DNA of 64,000 nt from Candidatus Omnitrophota bacterium (GTDB taxonomy: Bacteria; Omnitrophota; Gorgyraeia; VGKN01). The stretch covers positions 12,522 through 76,521 of the forward strand of contig JAGVOB010000004.1 of assembly GCA_020052955.1 (NCBI GenBank), in the 5' to 3' direction. Positions 25,401 to 40,400 of this stretch are shown here, piece after piece. A program made the position numbers and the translations under genes. The notes beneath the pieces were generated by a model. The model saw only the letters and a list, made by a program, of their open reading frames with translations. It was not told where the DNA came from and did no database searches. How positions within the stretch are numbered: the stretch's first letter is position 1; each line of letters begins with the position of its first letter.

Positions 25401-28400
25401 CCTGCACCCGGTTCTTTTGGTTATGTATTTCAAGGCTATAGGGACGATAAATTATTTGAGGGGTATATGCTTACAGACGATGGTGTGCTTACTTTGCCGG
25501 GCGTTAATGGCAAGATATGGCATAGTATTCCTCAAACCAATGTAAGTGAGAATCATTTCCTGAACTTTACTGTAAAGACGCCTGATGGCAGCCACGGCGT
25601 GTATATAGAAATAAGAGACGCTGGTGGTAACCTTATAACCGGCGATAAGATATGGGTAGAATTCCCTGATACTTCTATAGAAGTATCAGGCGGTTTTGTT
25701 ACATATTCTATTAATCTAGAATCGCTTCTTACAGGCGACAATATGCAAGCCACTTCTTTTGGTTTCTTAAATCCGGATGGCATAATTCAATTAAAAGGAG
25801 AGCCCGCCTTTGGCGATACACCCACAGGTAAAATGCTTGTATATCACGAAGCGCTCTACGGCTTTAACTCAACGCCTATAACCGAAGCGCCTGTGGTCAA
25901 TCTTCTTTCAATATTTGAATTCATAGCGAGCGGTGTTGGGATATGGGCGTCTATTCCCGAGGGCGTTGAGATCGACCTTACAGCGCAGAATTACTTAGAA
26001 CTGACCGCAACAACAAATGACAGAAACACCACAGTCTGGTTAGAACTTGTGAATGAAAAGGGTGAATATCTGGCGACAAATGAGGAGGAACCCCAGGCCG
26101 GTATAGAAAGGATTAAAATCATCATTCCCAATACAGAGGGAGTCCCAAAAACTTTTTATTATGATTTAAGCGAGTGGCTAACAGCGGACTTGGCAGATTA
26201 TAAGGTGAATATAATCCGCATCTCAGATACGGTTACAGGCACAGAAGGCACAGAGATTACCGAATTTAAGTTTGTCTCGGAGCCTGCAGGGGAAGAAGTG
26301 TCTATTGAAATAGTGCCTAAGAAAAAGCCGGTGCCGCTACCTTATGAGTTTATAAACCTTAGTATTATTCCAAATTCTACTACCGGTACAAATTACTACA
26401 TCCAAAAATATGAGACTCCAGTAGCGGGTAATGATGTATATGTTTCTGGTGGTGGAGCCGGACTGAGTTATAACCTAGATGAAACAACAGGTTCATTTAT
26501 GGGCGGAGTGTTTAGCGTTAGGAATCCAGAAACATTTCAAAATTATGATTATCTTATGGTGGAGATCGGCGCTGATCATAATGGAGCCGCGCCTTTTATT
26601 GAAGTTAAACCTAATGATAAAGACACCTATTTTGTACGCGGTAACGTTTTGTATATACCAATGAGCGAGATAGGTGAATTGAAAACAATTACCCTTGGTG
26701 TGAGTTATTATTCAGTAGAAGGCGGAGGATCGGGAATTACATACGGCTCGGGCACTGTTGATTTCAGGATACGCGGAACCAATACACCACCCCCTATCCA
26801 GACCAGCCAGAGTTCTGCGCCCGGCTCAGCCCCCACCTCACAGCTACAACAGCAGCCGCCATACCTTGCCGGATTTTTGGCAACACCCGGCATGCTTGTA
26901 TTCCTAACCAGGATTAGAGACTGGCTAAGAAAGAATAAGAGGAGAGTGATATTAACGCTATCTATATTATCGCCTATTCTATTACTTGCAGGTGCTTATG
27001 CAGGAGCGCGTATCTATGGCAGTGGTTTCTCAATGGAGCATGCCATTCAACTACCAGCACCAATGCCAACGGTTGAGCAAGTCAATAATCAATGGCTGAT
27101 TAATGGCAGGGTTGCCTCTGATAAAACCCTTGAGGCAGTTGATATAAAGGCAATTGATACTGCTATTACAGAAGGCAAAGCCGACAGATTATTCTGGGAA
27201 GGAATATTCTCCAATTACCCAAAAGACGTCCCGGTATCTTATCTTATAACACCAGAGCGTATTAAAACTCTATATGAGACAAAGCAATTAGACCATCTCT
27301 TTAACGGCTTAAGGACACAGCCTGACTTACTCTACCGCTACCTCTCTGAAATCCCAGAAAATCAATTAACAGACTTTGCCAGATACTTTGCTACACTAAA
27401 ACCAGGCACAAGGCAACAGGTATTTGATATATTATACCATCGCCTAAGAAATGACCTTCTAATCTTAGAGAATTTAGGCACTATAAAACCCGGTTACACA
27501 GCTCTATTAAAACAGTCAAATCGTATAGAACTTTTATATGCCACAATGGTTCAGATGCTCAATAGGATAAGGCCTATTGTTGCAGATAGACTTATAAAAG
27601 AAGGGCTTACTGAGGATCAGATTCAGGAGGGTATTAAGGAAAGCCGTATAACAAGCATGCCATTTGAAGATATTATTGTGAATAAAAACTGGATTACAAA
27701 GGAGAAACTAGATGAAATCAGAACCACTACTTTACCAGACGGACCTGTAGCTCCTATGCCAGATATGGGGTTGACAATGAGTGAATCAGAAGTAAGCTTA
27801 TATAAAGTATTTTCTGATGTGATGCAGGAATATAGAAGTAGCGGTTATACAATTATATTGCCTGCTCCAAAAAATGTTAATGTTAACGAAATTAATGGAT
27901 TGATTGAATACTATACTACAAATAGGCCAAGAAGCGGTTATTTCTTGCAAGAAAACAAGTCTGGGTTGCTCTTAGAATGGGTTATGAAACAGACAAATCC
28001 TAACAATCCATTAAGTCATATGGTGAGCGATAGAGAACTCTTAAGAGAAGCTATGCGCTTACATATTGAACCAGACGGGTCAATAGATCTATTCAAGGTT
28101 GTAGCAACTATAGGACATTACTATAAAGCTATGGCGAGAAACCCAAGTCTTATACTTGGTGGTGCTGAGGCTCGTGGACTAGAAGATGGCGCTACATTCA
28201 TTGGCGTACGCCATCTACCCATACTTTTGATAGCAACACTTGATCCAAAAGTCAATTATACAGTTGACGAAAATGGACAGCCTGTTCTATTTTGGCGGCC
28301 AGTAGACATCGATGGCAATGATCGGATTCCGTTAGGACAGCGTGTTGGCATATCATGGCATTCCATTGAAGATGATCTTTATCATTCTTGGAACTTTTTA

Positions 28401-31400
28401 TTAACTGCTTTATATGTTGACGCAAAATCCTTGCCCGAAATAAAAATTGATTTTGAAAACTTTATTCAAAGGTTTCCTGAAAGCTACCGCCATTTAAAAA
28501 ATACTTCATTCGTAGAAGTTTTCACTACTACGATAAAGCTATTATCATATGAAAGGAAAGAAGGCTTTTCTAATGAGACAGGTAGTATGATGATGGGAGA
28601 TCTTCCAATATTGTATAAGTATGTACGAATTTTAAGATTAGATGAGATTGGCATGTTAAATTCTTTTAGTTTTGGCACAGGTGAATTGGGAAAAAGTGAA
28701 GAAAAAACAAAGCTACTGTTTGCTGAGGTTGGGCGGGATATATATCAACAATCTGGAATAATGTTTGTAGATAGAAAAGAATCGTTAATTCCTGAGTCTG
28801 ATGTATTGAAAGATATTAAAACACTAGAAGGTGGCATATCTCTTGAAGAGCATAATGATATATTTGTTATTCAAGAATGGAAGATGTCAGGTGAACCTAC
28901 TATTGAAGAATGGGCTTTCAGCGATCCAAAACATTTTTGGGAAATTGTTGAAAAAATTAGAGTAAACAGCGAACAGGCTACAGAGAAACATGTTAATCTT
29001 GATTTTCCTTTCACTTTAGAAGATGTGCAATTGCGCCTTGAAAATAAAATGCTAAATGTCTCAGATTTTATTACCTATGGGTCGCCATATTTAAAAGAAA
29101 AAATCGCATCTACTACAAAATCAGTGGAGCTACTTGATTTATTAACAGTTGATGCAGATGTTAAATTTGTTGTTATAAACAACCCAAATACTTCACTTGA
29201 GACGTTAATGCGATTATCCTCCGATCCTGATAGAGAAGTGAGAAGATCTATAGCGATCAATACAGCAACTACTCCTGCGATGTTAATAGAGTTGACATCT
29301 GATTCAGAAGCCAATGTTAGGTTTGTCGCTGCTTTTAATGAAAACGCACCGCTTGTTGCCGTTGCTCTCGCAGTTTTTCTGAAATCAGATGAATATATGA
29401 GCCTTAACTATAGCGCCACATATGATAATAGGCCAACAATAGATGAAATGTTTCAAAATCGTTACTTTGGTCTTGGAACTCATATGGTTAAGATATATAA
29501 CCAATGGAATGGAATTTTACCAGGCGAGAGGCTTCCATCTGATCTAATCGAGAAATTAATTCAAGCCGAACCACTCTTTAAACGCGCAGTTGAAGAATTG
29601 CCGGATAAAACCTGGGATGAGGTTCCTATAACAGGAGATATCAATAAGGATGTAACCGCATTAATCAATGCTGTAGAAACAGCACTAAATACCAAAGCAC
29701 AAGCACCCGAACTACCCACCCTAACCTCACAGCTACAACAGCAGCCCCCATACCTTGTAGGCTTTTTGGCAACACCCGGCATGCTTGTATTCCTAACCAG
29801 GATTAGAGACTGGCTAAGAAGGAATAAGAGGAGAGTGATATTAACGCTATCTATATTATCGCCTATTCTATTACTTGCAGGTGCTTATGCAGGAGCGCGT
29901 ATCTATGGAAGTGGCTTCTCTCTTGAACATGCCATTCAACTACCAGCACCAATGCCAACGGTTGAGCAGATAGATGGTAAATGGATTATGAATGGAAGGG
30001 CTGCCTCTGATAAAACCCTTGAGGCAGTTGATATAAAGGCAATTGATACTGCAATTACAGAAGGCAAAGCCGACAGATTATTCTGGGAAGGAATATTCTC
30101 CAATTACCCAAAAGACGTCCCGGTATCTTATCTTATAACACCAGAGCGCATTAAGGCTCTATACGAGACAAAGCAATTAGACCATCTCTTTAACGGCCTA
30201 AGGACACAGCCTGATTTACTATACAGATATTTCTCTGAAATTTCAGAAAGCCAAATGACAGACTTTGCCAGATACTTCGCCACCCTTAAACCCGGTACAA
30301 GACAGCAAGTATTTGACATATTATACCATCGCTTAAGAAACGACCTACTTATCTTAGAGAATTTAGGCACTATAAAACCCGGATATTCTACCTTACTAAC
30401 ACAGTCCAACCGTATGGAAATCCTCTATGCTACAATGACCCAAATGCTAAATAGAATGACTCCATTGCCTGTAGGTGAACTCCCAGACGGCCCTGTTGCT
30501 CCTATGCCTGTTATGGGTCTTACAAGAGAGCGTTCTATAGATAACCTCTACAGAACATTTGAAGAGGTTATCACAGACTATAAAAATCAAGGCTATACCA
30601 TAACACTGCCTACACCTGATAGCGTTAATGTTTCTGAAGTGGTTGGGTTAATTGGATACTACAACAGCCTACCTGATTTTTCTTTGAGAGATAATCAATC
30701 TGCGCAGCTCCTTGAGTGGGTTTTAAAACAGACTGACCCAGAGAATCCATCTGCGCATATGGTAAGTGATAGAGAGCTCTTGATAGAAGCAATGCGATTA
30801 TCCGCTGGGCCAGATAGAACAATAGATTTATTTAAGGTTATAGCGACCATCGGGCATTATTATAAAGCAATGGCTAGAGCCCCATATTTAATCCTCGGTG
30901 GCCCTGAAGCTCGTGCTAATGAAGATGGTCCAACCTTTATAGGCAGACGTCACGACCATATGCTTTTGGTCTACTCTTTAGACCCAAAAGTTGAATATAG
31001 TGTGGATGAAAATGGCCAGCCGGTCTTACGCTGGAGACCAGTGGATGCGGATGGTAATGATTGGATTCCGGAAGGTGAACGTGTTGGAATTAACTGGCAT
31101 GCCATTGATGATAATCTTTATCATTCTTGGAATTTTATTCTCACAAATCTATATATCGAGGCCAAGTCTCTTAAAGAAATCGGTAACGACTGGGAGAGTT
31201 TTTATCAAAGATACCCATCCTCAAATGAATATAAATCTATGAAAAGCACTTCCTTCTTAGATGTTTTTGTTGCGGGTATAAGAATGTTACAAAACCCAGA
31301 ATCCGCCGGTAAGGTAGGTACTGCAAATGAACAAGATCTCCCATTGTTTAATAAGTATTTACACCTTGCCGGTATAGATGAGTTTTTCTTACGGTACTTT

Positions 31401-34400
31401 ACTTTTGGGTTATTTGGATATATAGAACGAGGCGGTAGTGAACCGCTAACTAAAGCAATATTTGCAGAAGTTGGAAGAAGAATCTATCAGAAGACAGCAG
31501 ATGGTGAATCCGACGTAACTTTGGTACAACATCCTGAAATATTAGTTTCTGGCACCTGGAACATTAGAACTATCGGAGGCGGTAGATCGCTTGCAGAGTA
31601 TAACGATAGCATTATAAGAGAATGGAGGGTGTTGGGTAAACCTTCAATTATCAAATGGGCTTCAGATGATCCTGAAAGATTTTGGGAAGTTGTTGCAGCA
31701 ATTGATCAACTTACTCTATTGGCGAAGTTAACAAATGCCAGTATTAACCCTCCTTTTACTGTAGAAAGTGTAATATCGGCTATTGAGGAAGGGACTTTAG
31801 TAAATGAGTATCCCTCATTTAACCATTGGAAGCAAGATATTTTATCTTATCCGCCAGAGGTGCTCGATATATTAGCCTTAGATACTGACCCCGAGGTGCG
31901 AAGAATCGTAGCAGAAGATATAGAAGCTTCACCCAAGGCATTAGGATTTTTAGCCTTGGATTCAGATCGTGAAGTGAGGATATATGTAGCAGCTAATAAG
32001 GGCGGTAATGTTCCGGCTGACGCATTAATGTTGTTGATTAGGGATAAGGATCCTTTGATAAGCGGGCATGCGATATATAATCAAAATACTCCTCTTGCCG
32101 GTCTTGTCCTTGGAATGTCCCTTGTAAGTGATAATAGTCAGATTAAAATTAAAGATATAGAATCCCAATTATCACAAAGATTTAATGGTTTAGGTACTCA
32201 TATATTTATTGTCTATAGCCGGTGGAATGATATTTCGCAGGAACAGGAAATCCCACCAGAAGTAATCAACCAACTTCTTGCGGCCGAACCTCTCTTTAGG
32301 CGCGCAGTTGAAGAATTGCCAGATAAGACCTGGGATGAGGTTCCTATAACGGGGGATATTAATAAGGATGTAACCGCATTAATCAATGCTATTGAAACAG
32401 CATTAAATACCAAAGCACAAATACCTGAGCTACCAGGTTTAGCGCCAACACAGCCCGCTGTACCTGCGCAGTTACCCACCCCCACCTCACAGCTACAACA
32501 GCAGCCCCCATACCTTGCCGGCTTTTTGGCAACACCCGGCATGCTTGTATTCCTTGGCAAAATTAAAGACTGGCTTAGGAGGAATAAAAGGAGAGCGATA
32601 TTAACAGCAACAACCATAGGATTATTACTCTGTTTTGGAGCAGGTGCCACTTATTTTATAGTTAACCGTACGCAACAGCCTGTAGTTACGACAACCTATA
32701 CAATAACAGATCTGGATAGTTTGCTGGTTAAATTAAACAGCACAAACCGCATAGTAAGACAGCAAGCCTCTGAGGAGATAGCGCGGTTAGCATATGATAA
32801 TCCTCAAGAGGCAATAAATATTATTAACAGGCTTGAGAGATGGTCTATAGAGGTTCTAAATACCCCTGATAAAAAATTGAAATGCTATCCTGAACTTTTG
32901 GATGCCATAGTTAAAATCGGAACCCATATATATAGTGATAAGGAACTGGATAGACAAATCACAGAGGCAGCATTCGCAAAGCTCTTAGAGTTCTTTGATA
33001 CTGAGAATGAACAACTTGCAGGGTTTGTCCGTGACGCGATACTCAATTTTGCAAACAGGGTTAATACGCCAGAGGTGTTGAGCAAAACAGTAAAGATTGA
33101 TGTTTTAAGAGGAAATCTTGAGCGTTCAGACAGCGGTCTTAGGGCTATATACAATTTATTGGGGACATCAAAGAATGACAGGGTAAGAGAGATAATTTTA
33201 AAGATGTTAGAAGAACTACCTACAAGAGCACCCATTTTTGACCCGGCACATACAGGAGGTTTGTGGTTTAGGTATCTTTTTGAGGCATTTATGCCCATAA
33301 TTTCAGATGGCAGAAATAAACAGTTAAGCGACCTTGCTGCGAGGGTATTGGTGCAGGTGACAGTATCCCAGATTAAATCTACCGAAACCCATGGTTTTTC
33401 AGAGGGCGATATTTATCTTGTTACAAACGGCTATCTTATAGGAACAGGTCTTCCTGGAGGGATTAGCGATTACAGAAACTTCTTTACACCCATTACAGGT
33501 GAAATTGACCAGGTAAGGGCTAAGGGCGACAAGTTTACAGAACTGAGACTTCTCTGGGTGCTTGAGCAGTTAGGGATAAAAGTTATTATAAGCGGGATAG
33601 AACGAACAGATAATCAGGGAAGGATTATTGCGGAAAACCAGGTTCAGGGATTAGTGGAGTATCTAAATAAAAACTATCCTGCTGATTCAGGTAATTTAAC
33701 CATTACTAAAGTTGTGGCGCATAGAACACTTATTGCAATGACAGGAGGAAGACTTCAGAGATATGTTGAGACAGCGCAGAACCTGCCGGGCGTGTGGGAA
33801 AGAAGAACCGAGTACAACAATCTAACCTCTTCCATTGGAAACTCAATATCAGTGCTTGAACAGGCGTATAATTCCACCGACCCGGTTCTTCATGAATTGG
33901 CAGTGGTATCTATGTTAGATTTGCTTAAGAATGACTTTACCACTCCAAGGGAAGTTTATGAACCGCTGATAAGACTTTTAGTAGAAAAAGCTAATAAGGG
34001 CGATACAGACGCAAGCAAGATATTAATTGCCGTTGTAAGCGATGCAGATATAGGATTTGAAATTGTTGAACCTCTCTTTAGAATCCAGGGCGTAAACATA
34101 GGTGTTAGATCCGGCTTCCAACCTACTGACACATATGTAAGGAGATTTACGAATGAAAGGGTTGATGAAAAGTTGAGAGCCCAGTATGCCCAGATGGCCC
34201 AAGGCGATATTAATTATATAGCGCTGGGCAATTTATTAGAAGTCAAAAATGTGCTTTCAGAACAGGGAGATATTGCCAATGCCTCTGAGAGCTTAACGTT
34301 GGCATTAGGTATTAGGAATATATTGCTGGTTAATGAAGATAATCCGGATGCTAAAAGATTGCTCCCTCTTATGGATGAGACAATTATTTCCCTGATTAAT

Positions 34401-37400
34401 ACAAAGATAGTAACTTCAGATGACAGGGTGGAATTTGCGATGAGCGATGCGCAGGTAAATGAGTTGTTAAATTCGTTGGCTAAAGCGGATAAATTTTACG
34501 ATTTAAGGTTAATTGAAGGAATGCTAAATACCAGAGGTATTTCCTCAATAAATAGCGATACATTAAGAACAATAGATAGTTATGCATTTAAAGCAATATT
34601 AACTGGAAACTATGAAGAGGCAGAGTTTGGAAAAAGAGTATATACAATAATATTTACCAGCAATCCTACAATAAGTGACCATACAAACGAACTCATCAAT
34701 GCCTTAAAGACAGCTGACCTGCTAAGGGCAAGGGTTATATTGGATGCCCTTTATTCAATCAATTTGGTAAAACCATTGACAACGGACCAGACCGGAGAAT
34801 TGTTAAAACCAGAGAGCCTCTGGGCATTATTTGATTCAAGCGATGCCCAATTAAGCCAGCTGGCCGAGAATCTTATCCTTTCCCTGCTTATTTATAATGC
34901 AGATGATAGCCAATATCTATCAGCGCTTAACCATATAACAAGCATATTTAACACTAACTTAAGGGCCAGCGCCTCAACTATTACAAAGGCATACAGGCTG
35001 ACAGATATGGTTACCTATCTTGAGGGTTTACGTCCTATACGGGATGAGCAAACCAGGCAAGCCCTGTATGCGGCGATGAACCCGTATTTACCGCAGGAGG
35101 GAAGGCTTCCTGTTGTAGCGCTTGAGGCACAGGAACTTGAACAGAAGATTGAAACCGCCAGAGCAGATATCAATGCTATCCTAAATAAAACAGGCCTTAG
35201 CGATGAGCAAAAATGGCAGCTGATAGAGCCTATTATGTTCGGCATAGAAGACGATGAAATAAAGGGCATAATAGAAGAAGGAAGGATTTATACCCTGCCA
35301 AGAGAGCGCGAGTTAATCAGGATGACATTGACAGAAATTGCAGTTTCGCCGTCAACATCTCCATATATTACAAGAAAAATGGTTGATAAGTTGATGGCGC
35401 TTGTTGAAGAGGAGCTTAAGAGACCTGTGTTTGAGGATATAGAGCAGGAACCCCTTGCTCCCGGAGAGGCGAGAGATCTTGGTTATGCCTCAATGCTTGT
35501 TAAGACAGCGGGTTCAATAATAGGTTTAAGCCGGCTTGATTATACAGCTGAAATCTCCAGGATGAAGGCGTGGCTGGTTCTTAGCGTTAACGAAGGAAAC
35601 AGCATCACAGAAGAGCATCTTATAGATGCAAGGAAGAGCTCTTTTTCAAGCGATCCGAACAGAGTGCTCAGACTCGCGAACAAAAGGAATTATGTGTGGC
35701 TTACAACAGGCCTGATAGAGGCGCTGGGAGAATCAGGAACCAACATATACGCGGACAGGGATGATATAGTAAATGCCGTATCCCCTTATTTAGGCAAATG
35801 GGATAAATACGTTGATTCCTCTGTCTTTAAGGCGCTTATGAGAATTGGTATGCACCAGGGGACATCAAGCGCTACCTCGCAGCATATCATCAGAAATATC
35901 CTCACGCCTTATATAGAAGATGTGTCAAAACCCCTTGAGCGCAGGGTTATGGCATCCGAGGCAGTTATAAATATTTCCATAGAGTCAAATGTGGATGTGA
36001 CAGATGGACTGCGCAATCTGATGTTTGATATATCCAAGAGGTATATAACGAAACCACTTGCCCAGAGGGACGAGGATATTTCATACAGGTCCATATATGT
36101 GCTGGGCTCGCTCGCTCTTTTAAGAAATACAACGGAAAAGATGAGGACAGATTCAATCAATTTACTGGTTGATTATCTCGGCAATAAGGAGGAATTTGCG
36201 CTTGCGCGCTCTGAGAGCACCCATATGTTAGGCGAGATAGCGTATAACGGATACATGCCGAGAGGGCTTATCCAGCCCATCGCAGATGGACTCTATAATT
36301 ACAGTGCGGATACAGAGGAGGATATTTTTGTAAGGGCTATGGCAACCAGGGCGTGGTTAAGATTTGCTGAAAACGAAAATATAGTTGCTACGGAAGAAGA
36401 CATAGCGCTGATGAACGACAGGGTTGTAGAATTGTATGAAGAACTCGAGCAATTGCTTAAGGTTGCCAGGGGCGGCTATGCGGCGCTTTCAGATGAAGCC
36501 AGAAGAATAGTAAGCGATGTGTATAACTGGTCGGCAAGCCAATATGAAGCGGCTCAGGAATTAAATTCGATTAATGAGAAACTTCAGGAAATGCGACTTC
36601 GCGAGCAAGTGATAGATGGAAAATTAAAGGGATTGACTGTTGCGCTAAACAAAGTCAGGGATATAGGAAAGCCTTTGCCAAAGGTTGAATATGAGGAGGG
36701 GACACTCTATCTTGTGTATCAGCGGAATCTTAATTTTATAATATCCTTAGGCATGGGAGGTTATGATGCTGAAAACTTCGCAAACTATATGACCGATTAC
36801 GGGCTTAGCGAATCCTTTATGAGACTCTACCTTGCTAATCTGAAAGAGTTGTATGGCTTGGGCTATAAAGTAGGAGACGCAGAATACTGGGCTGAGGTTA
36901 TAACTATAGGCAATCTTTCTCCAGACTATGTGCCGAAATTTGAGAAACTTCGCGACGAGTTAATGGAGAGTTTTGACTTAGATGTAGGCGACGCAAGTAA
37001 TTTAGCGCACTTTATGCTGATAAGTGGAGAGAAGGTACATTATGTCAGACTTCTTCTTGATAGCGTCAAGCGCATTATGGACAGCTATCCGGATATGGAT
37101 AAGGGCGATGCCTATTATTGGGCGCACTATCAGATAGTTACTGGCACAAGCGGAGTAGATTTTGTTAAGCTGATGGAGCATAGAGAATTTATAAGGAGTA
37201 TCGGAATATTTACAAATGAAGGCGATATAACCTATTGGGCGCGCTTTATGATGGAAATGGAATATGTAGTGGCGGAGCCTGGCGAGCCTATGAAGCAGTT
37301 TATGCGAACATATTTTGAGAATATGCGAATCCTTATGGAAATCGGCTTCTCCAATAAGACAGTTCAGGAAAAAGGAAGGCTGGGTTACTGGACATTGTAT

Positions 37401-40400
37401 ATGACGCAGACAAACTCTGACAGGGCTCATATGGAAGAGTTGTTTAAGAACAGGGTGATTGTCGAGCAGATGCTCGGGCTAAGAGAATCCGATTATGTAA
37501 CCGCCTCGCGCGATTTGAGGGAGCAGATTTTAAAAATGCAGGATTGGTCTGGTGCGCAGTATGATTTAACGGTTAAAATGAAAGAGTTTGGCTTAAAACT
37601 CAAGGAATTTCAGGGCCAATGGGAACTTCAAGAAGAGGCTCTGCAGGGCCTTAAGCAAGAATTTGTCGCTATAAGGAAACAGCTTAAACAAGCAAGGGAT
37701 GCCCGCTTACAAATCAGGCTTGACCAAAGAAAAGGCCAAGCGCCAATAACGAGAAGCGAGATCAGCAGTATTTTGGCAAAGGCAGGAATGGGTTCTGGAA
37801 CCGGAGATACAACTTACTGGTATGACACAGTATATTCTATGGGCTGGGCAAGGAGGGATTTCGAGGATCTTGTAAATTATATGGGCAAGATTAAAAAATT
37901 ATTGAAAGACTTAGATCCAGAGAGACGGATAGACCCGATCCTCGCAGGCTATTACGCCATGTTAATGGTAAATGAGGGCTATAGTCTTGATGAAATCGGC
38001 ATTATTATAAACTATACATTGGAGATATATAGCGACCCTGGGATGAAAGATTTTATCAGGCTCAACCTCCATCCGGCAGATGCGGATATCGACAAGGCCT
38101 TAAACAATATGATTCACAGCTGGGCAAGATACAGGTACGATAATCAGCTTTCAAGGGATCAGCTTAAATTATTCCTTACAAATTTACCGGAGGTATTTGA
38201 AGTTCTTTATAATAACCCGAGCGAGACAGCGTTCACGAGGGTTTTATTAAAAGAGCCGGCTGTCGAAACTAGAAAAAGAGAGATATCCCTCGCATATTTT
38301 GACGTATTCGGGATTTTGCCGAGATGGGGAGACATAAAAATAGGCGAGGTTGCAGATCAGCAGGCATGGGAATATCTAAACAGCGGTTTATCCGTAGAAG
38401 AGATAAAATCGGAACTTCAGGCTAAAAGGGATAGAGGCGAAACCATCGCAGGAACAGTGCCAGAGGTTGTTAAAAAATATGGCATAAACGACCCGTATAT
38501 CCAACTCTTTAGAGAGTTGCTTTACAGATTTCCCTACAATGAGGCAGAACTCCTTGAGCTGAAAAAATCAAGCTTAAGCGATACCAGAGAGACTATTATG
38601 GCTTCCGAGGAATTCTTTAATATTCACTTGAGACAGATAGAGCCCGATGCGATGTACTGGACACAATTTATGATAGATAATAACATGACGCCTCGGCAAC
38701 TTGAGGAATATTTTAAGTTAAAGGCTACCTTAGGACCCGTTATACCGGAAGCCTTCATGGGACAGGCCGAACCTGAATTAAGAACCGATGATGAAATAAA
38801 GGCTGTAATCTCAGTTATGTTCAGGACCATACTCAAAAGAACATCGGCCAACGAATTAGAGCTGAACTTCTGGCTAAATGTGTATAGAACAGCCGAGGCC
38901 CAGGAGGAAGGGACCGGCTTTACAGAAATAGAGAATGAATTCTATGCTTCGCGAGAATACAGGGAAAAGGTATTGGGCGACCAATGGGATGGAACGAGAT
39001 TTATCTCTGACCGCATGGGAGAATTGAGAAGGCTGTTTATTGAGATATACGGTGAAGAGCCCTCGCGGAACATATTGATATATTACGCTGAAAGCACGGG
39101 CAGACCGCTGCGTTTTACAAGACCAGGCGATGGAAATATTGAAGCAGAATTGAGAGGATTTGAGACGATAGAGGAATTGGAGGAGAGTGCTTCAAACAGG
39201 AAAGATTATATAGAAAGATTCCAAGCCCAGGGGCAACTGCTAAACATACTTATGGAACAGAGCAATCTGTCATACTGGACAAATTTTATGAGAGTGGCAG
39301 GCAAGGACATCGCCTATATGGAGAGATATTTCAAAAACAGGGAATTTATAATAAGTCTAGGTTTATTTACCGATATAGGCGACATCGGTTTCTGGACACA
39401 GTTTATGACTGATATGGAACCTGTATTGATTAAGCAGAGGATAATCTCGGGACCCGGCGAGCCGATGCAGGAATTTATGAGAAAATATTTCGCCAATATG
39501 AACGTCCTTATGAGTATCGGTTTCTCCGATAAGACAGACCAGGAAAAGGGAGAGCTTGGATACTGGACGCTGTATATGACAGTGGCAAATAAAGACGCAT
39601 CATATATGAGAAAACTGTTTAACAACATAAAGACAGCGGAGGAACTGCTCGCAAGCCGGACGGGCCAGCCTCAGCTCACCGGAGAAGAAAAGATAGGCGA
39701 GGTGGGCTATTACGCCTCATTGATTACCGAATTTGATTTATCTCGGGAGGATGCGGAGGTTCTCATAAATACCGGGACAATGCCTCAGCAGCTTCGCGCA
39801 TGGGAGAGCGAGCGCAGGCTTGGGATTATCGAGGAGATATTCGCGAGGACGCTTTACATACCGGGCCTTATTATTACGGTGCAGGATAATTCTACCAATG
39901 AAGATGTAACCGGCACGTTGAAATTTTATATTTCCAATCTTTCCTCTCCGAGCAGATTGTTAGGCAAAAAGGATGCCCTTGTCGCCATAGAATCCATAAG
40001 GGTTATTGCAAGGGATTACGGAATCCCGGCAGAACTGCAGGATGAATTGCTTGGAACCTTATTTAGTATGTTAGACACCGCAACTCACCAGGAGAGAATA
40101 GCGATATACGGAACCATATCAGAGATTATATCGAGCCCGTCTGTTCCAAAGGCAACTTTTACTGCCGCATTTAAACGGATGTTTAATTCTTATACGCTTT
40201 CTCCCGATTTATACACGGAGCCCGAACTTGTGTGGGCGCTTAGGAATACACTTGAGAAAAGGGGAAATGACATCGATTATAGTGAATTTAAGATTTTAGC
40301 CGATACGGCGTTAAACGACTTAAGGACATCTAGAGATAACGCAAGGCGTGCCTCAGCGGCATCCACGCTTGGCCTGATGGTAGAACTCGGCATACTGCCG

